From the human T2T-CHM13v2.0 reference genome, Homo sapiens: a stretch of DNA of 64,000 bases. Below the pieces are notes generated by a model, which did not search any database, was not told the DNA's origin, and saw only the letters and a list, made by a program, of their open reading frames with translations. The first letter of the stretch is position 1. Each line of letters starts with the position of its first letter. A program made the position numbers and the translations under genes. Below are positions 61,953 to 64,000 of the stretch, piece after piece. The stretch is from the NCBI RefSeq assembly GCF_009914755.1, contig NC_060932.1. One strand, 5' to 3'.

Positions 61953-63625
61953 AAGAGTTCAAATATTCAGAAGGGCACACATTAAAGTATAACCTTAAGA
62001 AAAAGGAGTAAATAAAATCACAAACTTTTGGTGATAGTAGTACATATAAAGTGGTTTAAACATTGCTTGCATTCTTAATTGAGTTTCTTTCCCTTCTTTA
62101 TTCCTGGCTAGATTTCTCTCCTATAAAGCATCATTAATATTTCTACTTCATGTGTTTTTGTTTTTCTTTTACAAAGAGTATAAGCAAATGAGCATTTTAC
62201 TTTCCCTTATTAGGTTTTTAAAATAAGAAGACTTATTTTGTAAACAAATTCACAAAATTTGTTGCTCTCCTGGAGAAAAGGATACTGTCCCATTGCTGTC
62301 TGTCATTGCCACTGGCATTCTAATAACTTCTTCAAAACAAGAGTCATTTTTATGTCCCATCATAAGCAATTTATCATTCACTCTCAGTGCATTAAAAGGG
62401 TAATAGAATAATAAAAAACAACAACATATGGAAAGATTATAACACCAATAGAGAAAAAAGAGTATTTTTTATTCACCTGGGGCCCATTTTCAAATACTGG
62501 AGCCAAATATATATAACTAGAATTATAAAGAGCAATGTTTCCCCACAAAGAAAGAACCTGAAGGAAGGAACGGAAACCAAAACTGGTACACAGAACCAGT
62601 CTGTATCGTCAGAAAGAAAAACAACATGATACTCACAGGCAATAACAAAGTTCTGATAATCCACAAATCAATGGACAGTCTACAATTGAAAAGCATTCCT
62701 TATCTAGGACTGATTTCCTGTCTAATTAATTTCCCAAATATTACTTCTTTTAAGAGAAATTCCCATATCTAGAACGATAACTCATAGTCATTTGAGATAA
62801 TTATGCAGTTTCCACTTTCATTCAAAAAAATTTGAGCATATTCTTCACTGTATTCTTCTGCATGTCCACTCAAGCTGTCAATTCAGATGATTTCCAACAT
62901 CCACATCAATAAAGGTCTAGCAATTTTAAAACTGTCAAGAGGCTAATGATCAAACATACAATATTAAGGTACTCTAAATTACTGACATTCTAAGTAGGCC
63001 TGATGTTTTCCCAAAGAAGAGAAAGTAGTGATTACTTACATATTGCAGTCATATATACAAAGCTAAGAAGGCTAATTTGGCTAATAAGCTTTCTGGGAAC
63101 TAGTTAGTACTCATCTGGTGTCCATCTAACGTAACGTATTCTCAAAGAGTGAAGTGAAAGCACTCTTGACCAATTAGGAACACTGAATCTATTGTCATCT
63201 TATGGAAAAGGCAAGACAAAATGACACAGATATCATTTGCTTCAAAACAACCTCACTGGATGTAATGCCCAAGAGTTTTCTTCAGAACAAGATAGAAAGC
63301 AAGGAGAGTTAACAATTATAACAATGCCCATAAAATGCTCTGATCTGAAATGAGGCCTGGGAACTTTTAACTTTATTCATAGAAAAAAAGACATTTAATT
63401 TTGAAACAATAATCAATAGAAAAGACCATCAATGCAGTTAGAAGTAAAATGTAAAGAAAAAGAAAAAAAAAGTCTTGAGCTCTTTATAAGCACTAATAAT
63501 TCAAAAAAGAGGCTAAGGTCAGAAAACCAGAAAAGCTAGTATAGATGGCATGACCGCATAACTTATTAACATCAATCAGTTTTCCTTTTTCTTTCTTATG
63601 CCCAGCATGATCACTTTGAATAACA

Positions 63626-64000
63626 TTTTACTTGAAATAACTTCAAACAGAAAATTTGCAAAATTAGTACAAGGGGCTCCTCCATATCCTCCATCTCACC
63701 TACTTATAATCATCTGCCCATGTGCTTTATATCCTCTCGCTTATGTTTATGCACATAGGTATATGTAACAACCAATTTTTTATCCATTTGAGAAGGCTGC
63801 AATACATCGATACATTATTTCTCCTTGCGTTTAGTACTTCAGTGCCTATTTTTTAAAAACAATACTTTTTTCATGTAACCACAGTACAGTAATTAAATTC
63901 AAGTAACACTGGTACAATACTTTTCATCTAATATACAGTATGTGCTCCAATTTTGTCAGTCATTCCTATTATAGCCTTTATAGCATTTTTCTCCTCTAGT
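63626..64000 (-). mobile_element. Old L1M 3' fragment
   Basis: ttttacttgaaataacttcaaa...gcaaaattagtaca ... catgtaaccacagtacagtaatt. Confidence 0.55.

Overview
Human intronic DNA from the tankyrase-1 gene (TNKS), which is transcribed on the minus strand of this window. Only two short coding exons are present (20007-19971, 37 nt; 19233-19158, 76 nt). Together they encode ankyrin-region peptide [38 protein letters not shown]. The rest is intron, densely filled with interspersed repeats (Alu, L1, L2, MIR, MaLR/ERV LTRs, Tigger-type DNA transposons). The most notable structure is a nested composite. A full-length but dead ~6.16-kb L1PA4-like LINE-1 (37202-45155, sense to TNKS, own 15-bp TSD) has its ORF1 interrupted by a 1.78-kb SVA_F1 retrotransposon (41524-43304, perfect 15-bp TSD). 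The SVA's 5' end is a captured, spliced piece of MAST2 exon 1. SVA_F1 and an AluYb8 (30524-30828) are human-specific families, which identifies the species. A ~620-bp retroposed sequence I could not assign sits inside a MER47A (54255-54877). Nearly all ORFs in the supplied track are repeat-derived or random. Repeat subfamily names come from recalled consensus motifs, not alignment, so boundaries of old repeats are approximate. I found no wholly new gene system. The best leads are the functional consequences of the SVA_F1/L1 composite and the orphan retrocopy.
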